A DNA stretch of 64,000 nucleotides from Promethearchaeota archaeon. GTDB lineage: Archaea > Asgardarchaeota > Lokiarchaeia > Sigyniarchaeales > SOKP01. Under the pieces are notes generated by a model. That model ran no database searches, was not told where the DNA came from, and saw only the letters and a list, made by a program, of their open reading frames with translations. This document shows, piece by piece, positions 1 to 9,306 of this stretch (its first letter is position 1; every line of letters begins with the position of its first letter). A program made the position numbers and the translations under genes. Where the stretch lies: NCBI GenBank assembly GCA_048939995.1, contig JBHLOY010000010.1:32001-96000 (forward strand). The letters run 5' to 3'.

Positions 1-232
1 CAAATGAACAAGATCCAAATCTCTTAAAGTCAAATTCGAAACGAATTCTGTCAAGGACTGGATTAACAATTGAAGTTAAAACTGATACTATTTCCATATC
101 AATGTCCTTCCTTTTCTCCCCTGCTATAATCAGTCCATCTTGATCTGATACTATTACGGCTTCCACTTGTTCATTTCTTTCCAAAAAATTATTTAATAGT
201 TCAGTAAAAAGTGTTTTTTTGTTTATGGACAA
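1..232 (-). CDS. Roadblock/LC7-domain protein, N-terminal part (runs off window)
   Basis: Manual translation from TTG at 232: MSINKKTLFTELLNNFLERNEQVEAVIVSDQDGLIIAGEKRKDIDMEIVSVLTS..., showing the roadblock 'aivsd.dGl.i' pattern. Not in the ORF track. Confidence 0.8.
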   Translation of the reverse strand, partial: MSINKKTLFTELLNNFLERNEQVEAVIVSDQDGLIIAGEKRKDIDMEIVSVLTSIVNPVLDRIRFEFDFKRFGSCSF

Positions 233-564
233 TCAGTTCCCTCAATCCAATTTGATTTTTAATGACTATTAAAGACAATTAAAATTATTTGTTATTATAA
301 TAAAATAACCTTTATATAAATGTAGTTAAATTATACGTTTAGGCTTTCGAGACCCATAATTTTAATGAGTTATTACTTTAAGTAAAATGCTTAAAAAACT
401 CTGAATTAGCTATTAATTTTTTAAAGTATACCTTGTTATAGTAAAACTTGGTTAAATCCTCAAATATTTTTGACAAAATTGGAAATATTTAAATCTATTT
501 TAAAACAATTATACAATACTACAAAAAAAATATATAACATAAGAAATAACAAGAGTGATAATTT

Positions 565-861
565 ATGGGAAAATATTTACTTCTTTGGGAAATTGATGCA
601 TCTCGACTACCTGTAAGCCGCAAAGAACGAGCTGCAGGGTGGAAAGCATTGTTAAATTTTGTTAAAGAAGATATGAAAGCTGGAAAAACATTAGAATGGG
701 GCGCATATGTAGGTGAACTCAATGGTTTCAGTATTATTGATGCAGATGACGTCGAAATTAGTATCCTTCTTCAAAGGTATTCTCCTTTTGTACATTTCAA
801 AGCACGAGCACTGCTTGGAGTAGAAGACGCAGAGAAACTTATTGAAGGAATGCAGGAATAA
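565..861 (+). CDS. Small DUF3303-like (GYD/ferredoxin-like fold) protein
   Basis: 98 aa; KYLLLWE...EWGAYVGELNGFSIIDA...YSPFVHF pattern. Confidence 0.55.
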   Translation: MGKYLLLWEIDASRLPVSRKERAAGWKALLNFVKEDMKAGKTLEWGAYVGELNGFSIIDADDVEISILLQRYSPFVHFKARALLGVEDAEKLIEGMQE

Positions 862-867
862 GCATTA

Positions 868-887
868 TACCCAAACTAGTTTGGGTA
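868..887. repeat. Perfect 20-bp palindrome just after the 565..861 stop (hairpin or operator), followed by a T-run
   Basis: TACCCAAACT-AGTTTGGGTA read directly. Confidence 0.75.
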
Positions 888-996
888 CTTTAAAACACTT
901 TTTTTTTCTTTATAACCTCAAAATGTTTAATAAGAAAACAATCTAAATAGTTGACTATAATTATTTAAAACGAATTGAATTTTATTTTACTCTATA

Positions 997-1350
997 GTGA
1001 TTCCACCTTGTAATCACCCTATTAAAATCCAAATCCAAATTGAACAAGCATTTGGAGATCTATTTCCTCATCGAGATATTTTAAAACAAATTGGTTGCGT
1101 GTGAAATTCACAAGAAAAAAGGTGGGAGAAATGTGAACCTTTTACTGAACATCAAATCAAATCATTAACTAATTTAGGATTAATTATCTTCCACATTAAA
1201 CAAATAAAGTCAGTTTCATTAGATATCTCCCCGATTAATTTAATTATTGAGAACGCAAAAGATTCACATGTGGTTTCATACGTAGGTTATGTAAAAGAAT
1301 GTGAAACTTTGCGATCATTTACCAGAGAAGATGGAACAATAATTAATTAG
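997..1350 (+). pseudogene. Disrupted gene: DUF5710-like motif followed by the start of an RPA/SSB-like OB fold; in-frame TGA at 1102-1104
   Basis: MIPPCNHP...GDLFPHRDILKQIGCV*NSQEKRWEK...VGYVKECETLRSFTREDGTIIN*. The TGA falls where Trp is expected (G.xW....K.W). Confidence 0.55.
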
Positions 1351-1548
1351 TGTAAAATTGCATCTTTAATCTATTTGCTTACAACTTCTGAAACTTTTTT
1401 CAACTCACCCTTTTCATTCCACTTAGCTATAATTTCCTGGTTCTTGGAGTCAGTAATTTGTTTTCCTAAAAATCTCTCTATTTTTCTCAATTTTCGTTAA
1501 TATTCGCTTGTTTTTTTGCTGCTGCGAAAAATATAACAGTTTATAGAT

Positions 1549-3654
1549 TTAAGCTATTAGTTCTCCAAATTTCTTCGTAATCAAGTCTAGATGGGTAGAT
1601 ACATTGACATGAGTTATTGTAATATTTTCTATAAAGAGCGTATTCCTTACAAAATTATAATCCACATTTAGCTGGGGATTTTGTTCTTTAATTTTCAGTA
1701 ATGCCTCCTTGAGAAAAATATTTAGGTAATCATCAGAAGTTTCTTGGATTTTAAACCTAAGTGGATTTAAAATTTGTATATGAATTGTATCAGTTTTTTG
1801 TATCATGATTGCAAATAATTCATTATTATGAGTATAAAATCTCTTTTTGTAATTCGTATTATTTGAATGTGTTCTATAAGATCTTCTATTATTATGATTA
1901 GGTTGACTTAATATAGACTTTCTGTTAAGTGTAACAGGAAGATCTTTTATTTGTGTTTTACTACTTTTCCAAAATCTTTTTAATTTATTTAAAAGTGGAA
2001 ACGCAATATCATGCCGGAGAAGCCGATTATCAAAATCATGTTCTGCCCATAATTTCAGATTAGCACATAGTTGACGAAATCGCATTTGAGTAGGATACTC
2101 AAAGATTTGAGAATCTTCAAGCTTAATAGGATAGGTATTATTAATATAAATTTTAGGGAGAGAATGTTTTTGAGCAGGCTCAATATAATATTCTACCTCG
2201 CAGAATCCCGGAATAGAATCATTAGTGAAATTTTGGCGCTGATATACGCCATTCTCGCAGACATAGACTCGATCTTGGTGAACACAAATAATAGGTTCTT
2301 GATTAATTTTAATTGAGATAACATCATCATCTAAATTTGCAGATAAGTACTCAGATATTTTGAATTCAATTTGAAATTTCGAGAGTTTCTGTTGGCCAAT
2401 TTTCATAATAAGGTTATTTTCGAGATGGATTGCTTCAGTTGATGGTAAATCTCTACAATCAATTTCTAAAATCTTATTATAGGACAAATTTAATTCCTCT
2501 AAGGATTCTAAATGAGTTAATCCAAAAAGACTAGTAAGATTATTATGGGCTAAATTAAGTTTCTTTAACGATGGAAATCTGTCAAATCCCTTCAGAGTTT
2601 GAATATTCGTATATTGAAGGCTTAATTCTTCAATGTTATGCAATATCTCTAAACCGTTGATGCTAGTTAGAGAGTTATGGTCCAAAATGACTTTAGTGAT
2701 CGTCTTAAAATTCTCTAATCCTTCTAATTTTCTTAAATCTTTAACTTTTTTCCCTGTTAAATCAAGATATTCGTGGTCATTAATGAAAATGATCTCATCT
2801 TCATATCTTAACAAAGAATTTCTAAATATTTGATATTTAAATAAATTATTAAGTTGGCTTGGTTTCAAACATGAGACTATAAAATTTAAACCGAATATAT
2901 TCACAATATCTTCGATATCAATATAAAACTCACCATCATCAAGTTTATCGATTAAATAAGAGATAACTGTTTGTTGTTCTGCCTTTCTCAACCCCTTTAT
3001 TTGATTAAGCAATTGATTTGAGAGATAGTGATATTTTTTGTCTGAAAATGAATAGAGAAACAAGTTTGGCAATAAGTTAGGAGCTCCTTCTATGAAAAAC
3101 TGTAAGGGATATGATCTTTTTTTAAGGTTTGCAAAATTATTCAATAAAGCCGTTATAAATTGCGGATCTTCTGATATAGTTTGAAGCTCATCTTTGGTAA
3201 GATAATCAAAATATCCTTGTTGGAGTAGAAATTCTATAACGGATGGATGACCACTTACAATTCTAAGAGCAATTTGTTCTTTAAACACTTTTCTTGCTTG
3301 AGGATCACCGGCATCTACTAAGCTTTTCAAGAGAGGAAATGCTAAATTTCGATGTAATAAGCGAGTATCATACTCATTTTCTGCCCATGCTTGTAAATTA
3401 GAACAATGACCCCAAAATTCCGTTTCGGGAGTGATGTTTTGCGAATGATGTACATGATTCCCCTCTAAAGATCGATTCAACCGTTCTGCAGCTTCATCAA
3501 TGGATTCAATATCAGAATATTCATGAATTTGGGAAGTAGGAATATTCAATAATAGATACTTGCATTGATTAAACAATCTTCCTTTTACATAGATATTAGT
3601 CCGCGAATATTCTAATTTAAGTGTGATATAATCATTTATTTTGAAATAGAGCAT
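1549..3654 (-). CDS. Leucine-rich-repeat protein with duplicated Lokiarchaeia-type domain
   Basis: LRRs (LKKLNLAHNNLTSLFGL, LEELNLSYNKI). The EFWGHCSNLQAWAENEYDTRLLHRNLAFPLL motif recurs as LCANLKLWAEHDFDNRLLRHDIAFPLL. Confidence 0.85.
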   Translation of the reverse strand: MLYFKINDYITLKLEYSRTNIYVKGRLFNQCKYLLLNIPTSQIHEYSDIESIDEAAERLNRSLEGNHVHHSQNITPETEFWGHCSNLQAWAENEYDTRLLHRNLAFPLLKSLVDAGDPQARKVFKEQIALRIVSGHPSVIEFLLQQGYFDYLTKDELQTISEDPQFITALLNNFANLKKRSYPLQFFIEGAPNLLPNLFLYSFSDKKYHYLSNQLLNQIKGLRKAEQQTVISYLIDKLDDGEFYIDIEDIVNIFGLNFIVSCLKPSQLNNLFKYQIFRNSLLRYEDEIIFINDHEYLDLTGKKVKDLRKLEGLENFKTITKVILDHNSLTSINGLEILHNIEELSLQYTNIQTLKGFDRFPSLKKLNLAHNNLTSLFGLTHLESLEELNLSYNKILEIDCRDLPSTEAIHLENNLIMKIGQQKLSKFQIEFKISEYLSANLDDDVISIKINQEPIICVHQDRVYVCENGVYQRQNFTNDSIPGFCEVEYYIEPAQKHSLPKIYINNTYPIKLEDSQIFEYPTQMRFRQLCANLKLWAEHDFDNRLLRHDIAFPLLNKLKRFWKSSKTQIKDLPVTLNRKSILSQPNHNNRRSYRTHSNNTNYKKRFYTHNNELFAIMIQKTDTIHIQILNPLRFKIQETSDDYLNIFLKEALLKIKEQNPQLNVDYNFVRNTLFIENITITHVNVSTHLDLITKKFGELIA

Positions 3655-3860
3655 AAAAGGGAACCTTTTATGAGGCGCATTATTCCTAGATTTATGGTAA
3701 CAATAAATTATTAGAAGTGATATAAAAAATACTACACATTACCGATTTTTAATTACTACTGAAAGAATCATTAAAATCCTACTGTTTGGGAAAAAAAATA
3801 AAATGAAAGAAGAAACTGATTCTACCTTTTTGGTGCCTTTTTATTAGGTATTATGGAAGT

Positions 3861-4250
3861 TTAACTCCCACCACTAGAATAGCTTAATTTATGTTCATAC
3901 TTCTCCAAACTGCTTAGATCATCGGTTGGAAATGTGTATCTATAACAAGGTGCTGAATGATAAATGTAATCCCTTTCAGGATTTCTGCTACTCTCTTCAA
4001 ATAATCCTGTTCTGACCATATTTGCAATTTCTCGTGCAGTAGACTGATAAAAACGAAATAGCATGATTCCTTAAACAATGATTCGATAATTAATAACATA
4101 GATATCCCCGGATACTTGGATTGAATGTTGTTTTGAAACATTCTGTGTTACCATTCCCATAAATTCATGAATCACGTGTATTTGGATTGACCCAAGATGC
4201 TACATTGTTTAAGTTTTCTCTTATTTGTGATCCTTCAATCAATATAATCC
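3861..4250 (-). pseudogene. Possible fragmented gene remnant, product unknown
   Basis: Short overlapping ORFs (3861..4064, 3914..4141) and stop-interrupted upstream frames with coding-like composition. Confidence 0.3.
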
Positions 4251-4315
4251 TATTATTTCTAAGTTTATTTATAAAAATACGTAGTTAGAGTTTAAATACT
4301 TATCATATCGAATAT

Positions 4316-4864
4316 TCACTTATTTCTTAATAGAAATTCTTCTGAAATTTCTTGCCCTAATCCTGCTTCTTTGAATTTTTTACCATTTTCAGCATATAAC
4401 TTAGCTCCCCAATTAAGATCTTTTGGTTCAATATATTGCTTTTTTTTTTTTGCGGGGACTCCAGTATATAAACAGAGCTCTTTTGTGTCACCTCTTAATA
4501 CTGAACCTGCTCCAAGTACACAACCTCTCGCAAGTCTAGCATCTTGTAAAACTGTAGCATTTATTCCCACCAAACTAGAATCCTCAATAATACAAGGACC
4601 ATGGCACGTACATGAATGGCCTAACCTAACATTACTCCCAATTTGGCAAATTTCTCCAGGAGCAGAATGCACAACGACATTTTCTTGAATACTTGTATTT
4701 TCACCTATAATGATTTTCCCCCAATCTCCTCGAATTTTAGCACCAAACCAAATATTTGTATAGGCCCCAATTTTAACATCTCCAATTATTACAACATCTG
4801 GAGCGATAAACACAGTTGGATGAATTTTAGGGCTAGTTCCATTATAAGGGCTCTTGATTATCAC
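4316..4864 (-). CDS. Gamma-carbonic anhydrase family (hexapeptide repeat) protein
   Basis: IIGDVKIG, IWFGAKIRGD, SIQENVVVH, GHSCTCHG motifs. Confidence 0.9.
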   Translation of the reverse strand: MIIKSPYNGTSPKIHPTVFIAPDVVIIGDVKIGAYTNIWFGAKIRGDWGKIIIGENTSIQENVVVHSAPGEICQIGSNVRLGHSCTCHGPCIIEDSSLVGINATVLQDARLARGCVLGAGSVLRGDTKELCLYTGVPAKKKKQYIEPKDLNWGAKLYAENGKKFKEAGLGQEISEEFLLRNK

Positions 4865-4970
4865 TATCTTTCACTCTTCATCTCTTCTTTTTCAATTAAA
4901 CTTATCAAGCTAAGATATTATTAGATATGATATAATAATTACAATATCTGTTTAAATAAAAGTGATATTA

Positions 4971-5402
4971 ATGTCTGAAAAAGAGATTAAAAAAGAAATT
5001 GAAGAAATTGTGAATCGAGAGACTAAAGCATGGGATCAACAAGATGTTGACCTATTAATGACTATTTTCCATCCTGATATGGTTTGGCCCTGGCCGAGAA
5101 CACCGCAATCTCACGATCCAATGGACTGGGTTTTAGAATGGGGTCGATATAATTTCAATCGATGGAGAAATGGATGGTTAAAGTTATTCAATACTCATAA
5201 GCTTGAACATAATCATAGAGAAATTAAGAAAATTGAATTATCAAAGGAATTTGATGGTGCATTTGCGGTTGTTGATATTGATACTCTATGGATTAATAAA
5301 ATGGGTAATAAAAGCCACTGGAAGGGACGAGTTTGCAAAATATATTCCAAAGTAAATAATGCATGGAAAATGATAATGCAAACAGGAGTTCTAGAGTATT
5401 AA
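4971..5402 (+). CDS. NTF2/SnoaL-like domain protein
   Basis: AWDQQDVDLLMTIFHPDMVW...WKMI. ATG at 4971 is the likely start (ORF track starts at 4962). Confidence 0.75.
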   Translation: MSEKEIKKEIEEIVNRETKAWDQQDVDLLMTIFHPDMVWPWPRTPQSHDPMDWVLEWGRYNFNRWRNGWLKLFNTHKLEHNHREIKKIELSKEFDGAFAVVDIDTLWINKMGNKSHWKGRVCKIYSKVNNAWKMIMQTGVLEY

Positions 5403-5406
5403 AAGA

Positions 5407-6252
5407 TTACTCCATATCTTCTAAAATAGGGGAATCTTCCATAAATTCACAGTTTAGGCCTAACTTCTCAAAATATCGGCATACTGCGATACATGCGAAC
5501 TTTTCGGTTGAATAATGTGTTCCACCTATTAGATTTATTCCATTCTCTTTCTCAAATTCATGAATTTTCGTACTATATTCATTAAGAATAGTAATACCAG
5601 TTATATAGGTATTGATTCCCAAATTGATAATCTCTTGAACAATATCTATTTCATTTCCTCCTCCCGCTATTAATGCAACTCTTTGATCTTTAATTTCATT
5701 TGAGCCATATTTCCATAATTTTGTCTTATGACCTATTTTAACACTTAGTCTCTTTGCTAATTCTTCTGGAGTTTTTGAGTCAATAGTTCCGTAGATTCCA
5801 ACTTTCACCCCAAAATATTCATAAAATTCTCCTTCCGGATTTACACCTATTGATTTCGCTAAATTTGATGTAGTAGAATATTCACCATTTTTATCTAGTG
5901 GAACATGGAGAGTGTATATTGAAATATTCTGCTCCTTTAAAATTGGGAGCAATTTTGGATTAATATCCTCAAAAACTCTTGGTTTTCTTATATCCCACAC
6001 CATTGGATGATGTGTAAATAAAAGGATATTTGGTTGCTCTAATTGAATTATTTGGTTTAAAACATTATCAGAAGGAAAAACTGCGGTATAAACCATATCA
6101 ATTTCATTTGAATTGTCCAATAAAATTCCCATATAACAGCTTTTAAAATTTGGGCTAATAAATTTATTGAAATCCATTCGAGACCAATCATCTCTGCAGA
6201 GTGAGAGTTCGAAATCTCTATCCAATTTTTTATATAATTTTTTAGCCTTCAT
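5407..6252 (-). CDS. Nif3-like dinuclear metal centre protein
   Basis: THHP, HVPLD, GTHYSTE motifs. Confidence 0.85.
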   Translation of the reverse strand: MKAKKLYKKLDRDFELSLCRDDWSRMDFNKFISPNFKSCYMGILLDNSNEIDMVYTAVFPSDNVLNQIIQLEQPNILLFTHHPMVWDIRKPRVFEDINPKLLPILKEQNISIYTLHVPLDKNGEYSTTSNLAKSIGVNPEGEFYEYFGVKVGIYGTIDSKTPEELAKRLSVKIGHKTKLWKYGSNEIKDQRVALIAGGGNEIDIVQEIINLGINTYITGITILNEYSTKIHEFEKENGINLIGGTHYSTEKFACIAVCRYFEKLGLNCEFMEDSPILEDME

Positions 6253-6421
6253 TTATTTATCTAATTAATAGCTCTAATTAATAATTATCCTCAAATTAGC
6301 CATATTAAGTTATTCTTAATCATTATTTTTAATAACTATATGTACTAATATTTTAAATTTTGAGAATCATTACATAATTATAAAAATTAATCCAATTTTA
6401 ATCCATATGAGCTGAAAATAA

Positions 6422-8104
6422 ATGGTCAGAAAAAGAACAATCTTCTCGATTATAATCATAGCCACATCTATTATCGTTCAGTTATTTGGAATCCCATATT
6501 TAGGAGTTAAATTCTCTTCACATGACATAGAATTTGATTACATTTATAATTGGGACCTTAAAGGGACGGGAGGATGGTATGAGGGATATTCAGAAACCTT
6601 TAGATCATCCGGAACCTATACAGTGGATTTTAGTGGAAATGTGGCAAGTGTATCTGGTAGAGTATCATGGAGTTGGTCAGATAATTATGGAGCTTCTGAT
6701 AGTGATAACGAATTGTATCTTTTCACTTATTCTTTAATTAATGGTTCATATTTAGTAGGATCAGATCAAGATTATAATACATCTGGTATGAATGTATGGT
6801 TTCATATTCCAGGTGGTTTTAGTTCTTCTCAATACTCTATTCTTGATACCAATTATTCTTTATGGGCAGACTCAACAGTTTGGGTAGGTCATTTAATGCC
6901 TTTTCTAGGGAAGAGGATACATTCACAAGGAACATATTATAGGAATTCTTCTACTGATGTATATGGGGATTTCACTGTTAATTATATAGTTGATGATTAC
7001 TTTACTTCCGAAGGTTATCTTATAGCTGAGATATATTATGAAGAGGATGAAGGTTATGATGGAGGCACTGGGTATTGGTCTGAATTTACACTAAATTCTA
7101 TTCTGTTTATTACATCCTCTAGCTATATTAGATTTTTCAACATCGGTATGTATCTTTTAGCTTATTGGTTCCCAATATTTTGTATAGTGATAATTTTTTT
7201 TGTTATTTATGAAAAGTTAAGATGGAAACCAGTTATCATACATAAGGAGCCAGAAGAGAGAGATGTTATTGTAGAACGGGGCATCCCTCCTAATGTTAAA
7301 TTTTCTATAGAATCTGCATATTCAGACATAATACCTTCTTATTTAGTTAGAGCAAGATCTCAAGGAAAGGGGATAATTAGTGCTCATAATGCTAGTGAAC
7401 TGTTAGGAATTGGTTTTATAGAGCCAAATGGGAAGATTGGTACTTTTTATGGAAACTATACCATTGAAATGATAAGATATACAAAGGTTAAATACGCATT
7501 TACTGAGAGTCCTAGAATCTTTAAATTCAAAGTAATTGAAATTTATGACATATTTCAGATTAATAACCTTCAAACTCGAGATTTCACATTTGACACTAAT
7601 TATATTAAGCCAACAACTCCACAACACATCCAAGGAATCATGAGAATGGTAGCAAATGAAGATACTGGACGAAAGAATCCAAGATATGCTAAATGGGTCG
7701 AAAATTCGTATGAAGATGATATAAGTGTAGTTGCTACTTCTTCAACTCAAGATACTTGGATAAAACATGTTTTATCTGAATTACGACGTCATAATTACCC
7801 GAAACCTGAATTGATTGTGAATGAAGTAATTATGGGTGTTGGATTTGCTACTCCTGGTCAAATTACTGGCTGGTTATATGGTCTTTATGTACACCCTGCG
7901 TTTAGAAATCGTGGTATCGGAAAAATGTTAGTGTTTTCACGTCTTTCAGCTCTTAAAGAAATGGGTTGTGGGTCAGCAATTACAGAAATAGCAGAATGGA
8001 ATAGTCCTGCTAAAAAAATATATGAGGATATAGATGCTATAAAAATAGGAAAGATTCATCTTTTAGGGAAGAAGATGCCAAAAGTGAAGGTGAGACGATA
8101 CTGA
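6422..8104 (+). CDS. Membrane protein: extracellular beta-rich domain, TM helix, cytoplasmic GNAT acetyltransferase domain
   Basis: N-terminal TM/signal, second TM at about aa 240-262, C-terminal LYVHPAFRNRGIGK...NSPAKKIYE GNAT motifs. Confidence 0.75.
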   Translation: MVRKRTIFSIIIIATSIIVQLFGIPYLGVKFSSHDIEFDYIYNWDLKGTGGWYEGYSETFRSSGTYTVDFSGNVASVSGRVSWSWSDNYGASDSDNELYLFTYSLINGSYLVGSDQDYNTSGMNVWFHIPGGFSSSQYSILDTNYSLWADSTVWVGHLMPFLGKRIHSQGTYYRNSSTDVYGDFTVNYIVDDYFTSEGYLIAEIYYEEDEGYDGGTGYWSEFTLNSILFITSSSYIRFFNIGMYLLAYWFPIFCIVIIFFVIYEKLRWKPVIIHKEPEERDVIVERGIPPNVKFSIESAYSDIIPSYLVRARSQGKGIISAHNASELLGIGFIEPNGKIGTFYGNYTIEMIRYTKVKYAFTESPRIFKFKVIEIYDIFQINNLQTRDFTFDTNYIKPTTPQHIQGIMRMVANEDTGRKNPRYAKWVENSYEDDISVVATSSTQDTWIKHVLSELRRHNYPKPELIVNEVIMGVGFATPGQITGWLYGLYVHPAFRNRGIGKMLVFSRLSALKEMGCGSAITEIAEWNSPAKKIYEDIDAIKIGKIHLLGKKMPKVKVRRY

Positions 8105-9306
8105 GTAAAGAATTATCAAACAAGATATCTAAATATCAGCAATTTCTGCTAGATTCGACAGATATAGTTTTATTCGAATCAACTCCAGAAGAACGTGAAA
8201 TAAATCCCCAGTTTAAATCATTAGAAAAGTGGGTAAAATTGTATTTAGGTCCTGCTACCGCAGAATTACATGAATTAACTGATCTAGGCCATTCTGCCAT
8301 TAAAGATGAAAATAGAAATGCAATAATTCCCAATTTAAACGTGTCTGTCAATGATCACCTTTTATATTTATCAATAAAAGGATGTGGTGCATATGAAGAT
8401 ATGTTTTTTGGCGGATCGTTAACTCCCTCAAAGCTAAAAGATACATGTCGCGATTCACAGCTCTATGCTGCATTAGATCATCTTTCAACAGGACAAGGTT
8501 TTATTATGGGTGAATCTTGGATGGGGGAGAGCCCTTATGGAGCCCAGGGAAAAATTAATGCATTTGATGAATTGAATTATTCTATGCTTGCTTCAAAAGA
8601 TTCTTTAAACGGAGCACATCTATGTCCTGTTATAGGAGTAGTGCAATTCCCTAAAAAAATAGAAAAATTGGCTAGAAAGTTCTTTTGGTTTCGAACTTAT
8701 CAAGATAACTTCTTCCAAGTTATAAGGCTCGTCCCATCAAATATTAGGTTATATTTTGAGTCAAATATTTTAATTGCAAATCCTGCTTCGACATTTTCCT
8801 TATTTGAAGTAGATAGTGCTGAAGAAATTGAAAATTTTGAACTTAACTTTATCAAAAGTGGTATAGCATTATTATCACTGTATGCAAGATCAGCTAAAGT
8901 TAATGGAAATGAAATTACTGGGATAATTTATCAAGATGTGTGGTTAGATAAGGATTGTGTGGTTGCACCAGATGGAACTATATTCTTTGCTGATATTGAA
9001 GGATTAATATGGAAAAAAATCCCTCTAGAAAATATGGTTGAACTGCAGAAAAAAGAATGGCAAAAACTTTTTTATGAATTTATCTATGCTCTTTTCAAGA
9101 TCGATTCTTATCGTCATAGTATTCAAGATAGAAAAGTCAATTGGTCTAAACAACGTGAAGAATTAGCTTTATTATTTCATCATGCTTTAAATAAAGATTT
9201 ATTTTCTTATGTGGAAAATCAAAATAATAATTTATATATCTGTATTGAGGGAGAAGATTTCCCTCGAATTGAAATCCCAATATTGGAAATGGTGAATTAT
9301 GTATGA
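8101..9306 (+). CDS. Atypical protein-kinase-like (SelO-like) protein; probable CTG start
   Basis: Frame is open from CTG 8101, which overlaps the upstream TGA, with AGGTGA at 8088-8093. Motifs SIKGCG, IRLVPSNIR, DVWLDKD, FFADIEG. Confidence 0.6.
   Translation: MSKELSNKISKYQQFLLDSTDIVLFESTPEEREINPQFKSLEKWVKLYLGPATAELHELTDLGHSAIKDENRNAIIPNLNVSVNDHLLYLSIKGCGAYEDMFFGGSLTPSKLKDTCRDSQLYAALDHLSTGQGFIMGESWMGESPYGAQGKINAFDELNYSMLASKDSLNGAHLCPVIGVVQFPKKIEKLARKFFWFRTYQDNFFQVIRLVPSNIRLYFESNILIANPASTFSLFEVDSAEEIENFELNFIKSGIALLSLYARSAKVNGNEITGIIYQDVWLDKDCVVAPDGTIFFADIEGLIWKKIPLENMVELQKKEWQKLFYEFIYALFKIDSYRHSIQDRKVNWSKQREELALLFHHALNKDLFSYVENQNNNLYICIEGEDFPRIEIPILEMVNYV

Noticed and set aside
1102-1104. 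Selenocysteine codon
   Set aside because: The position corresponds to Trp, not Cys, and I recognised no SECIS-like element.
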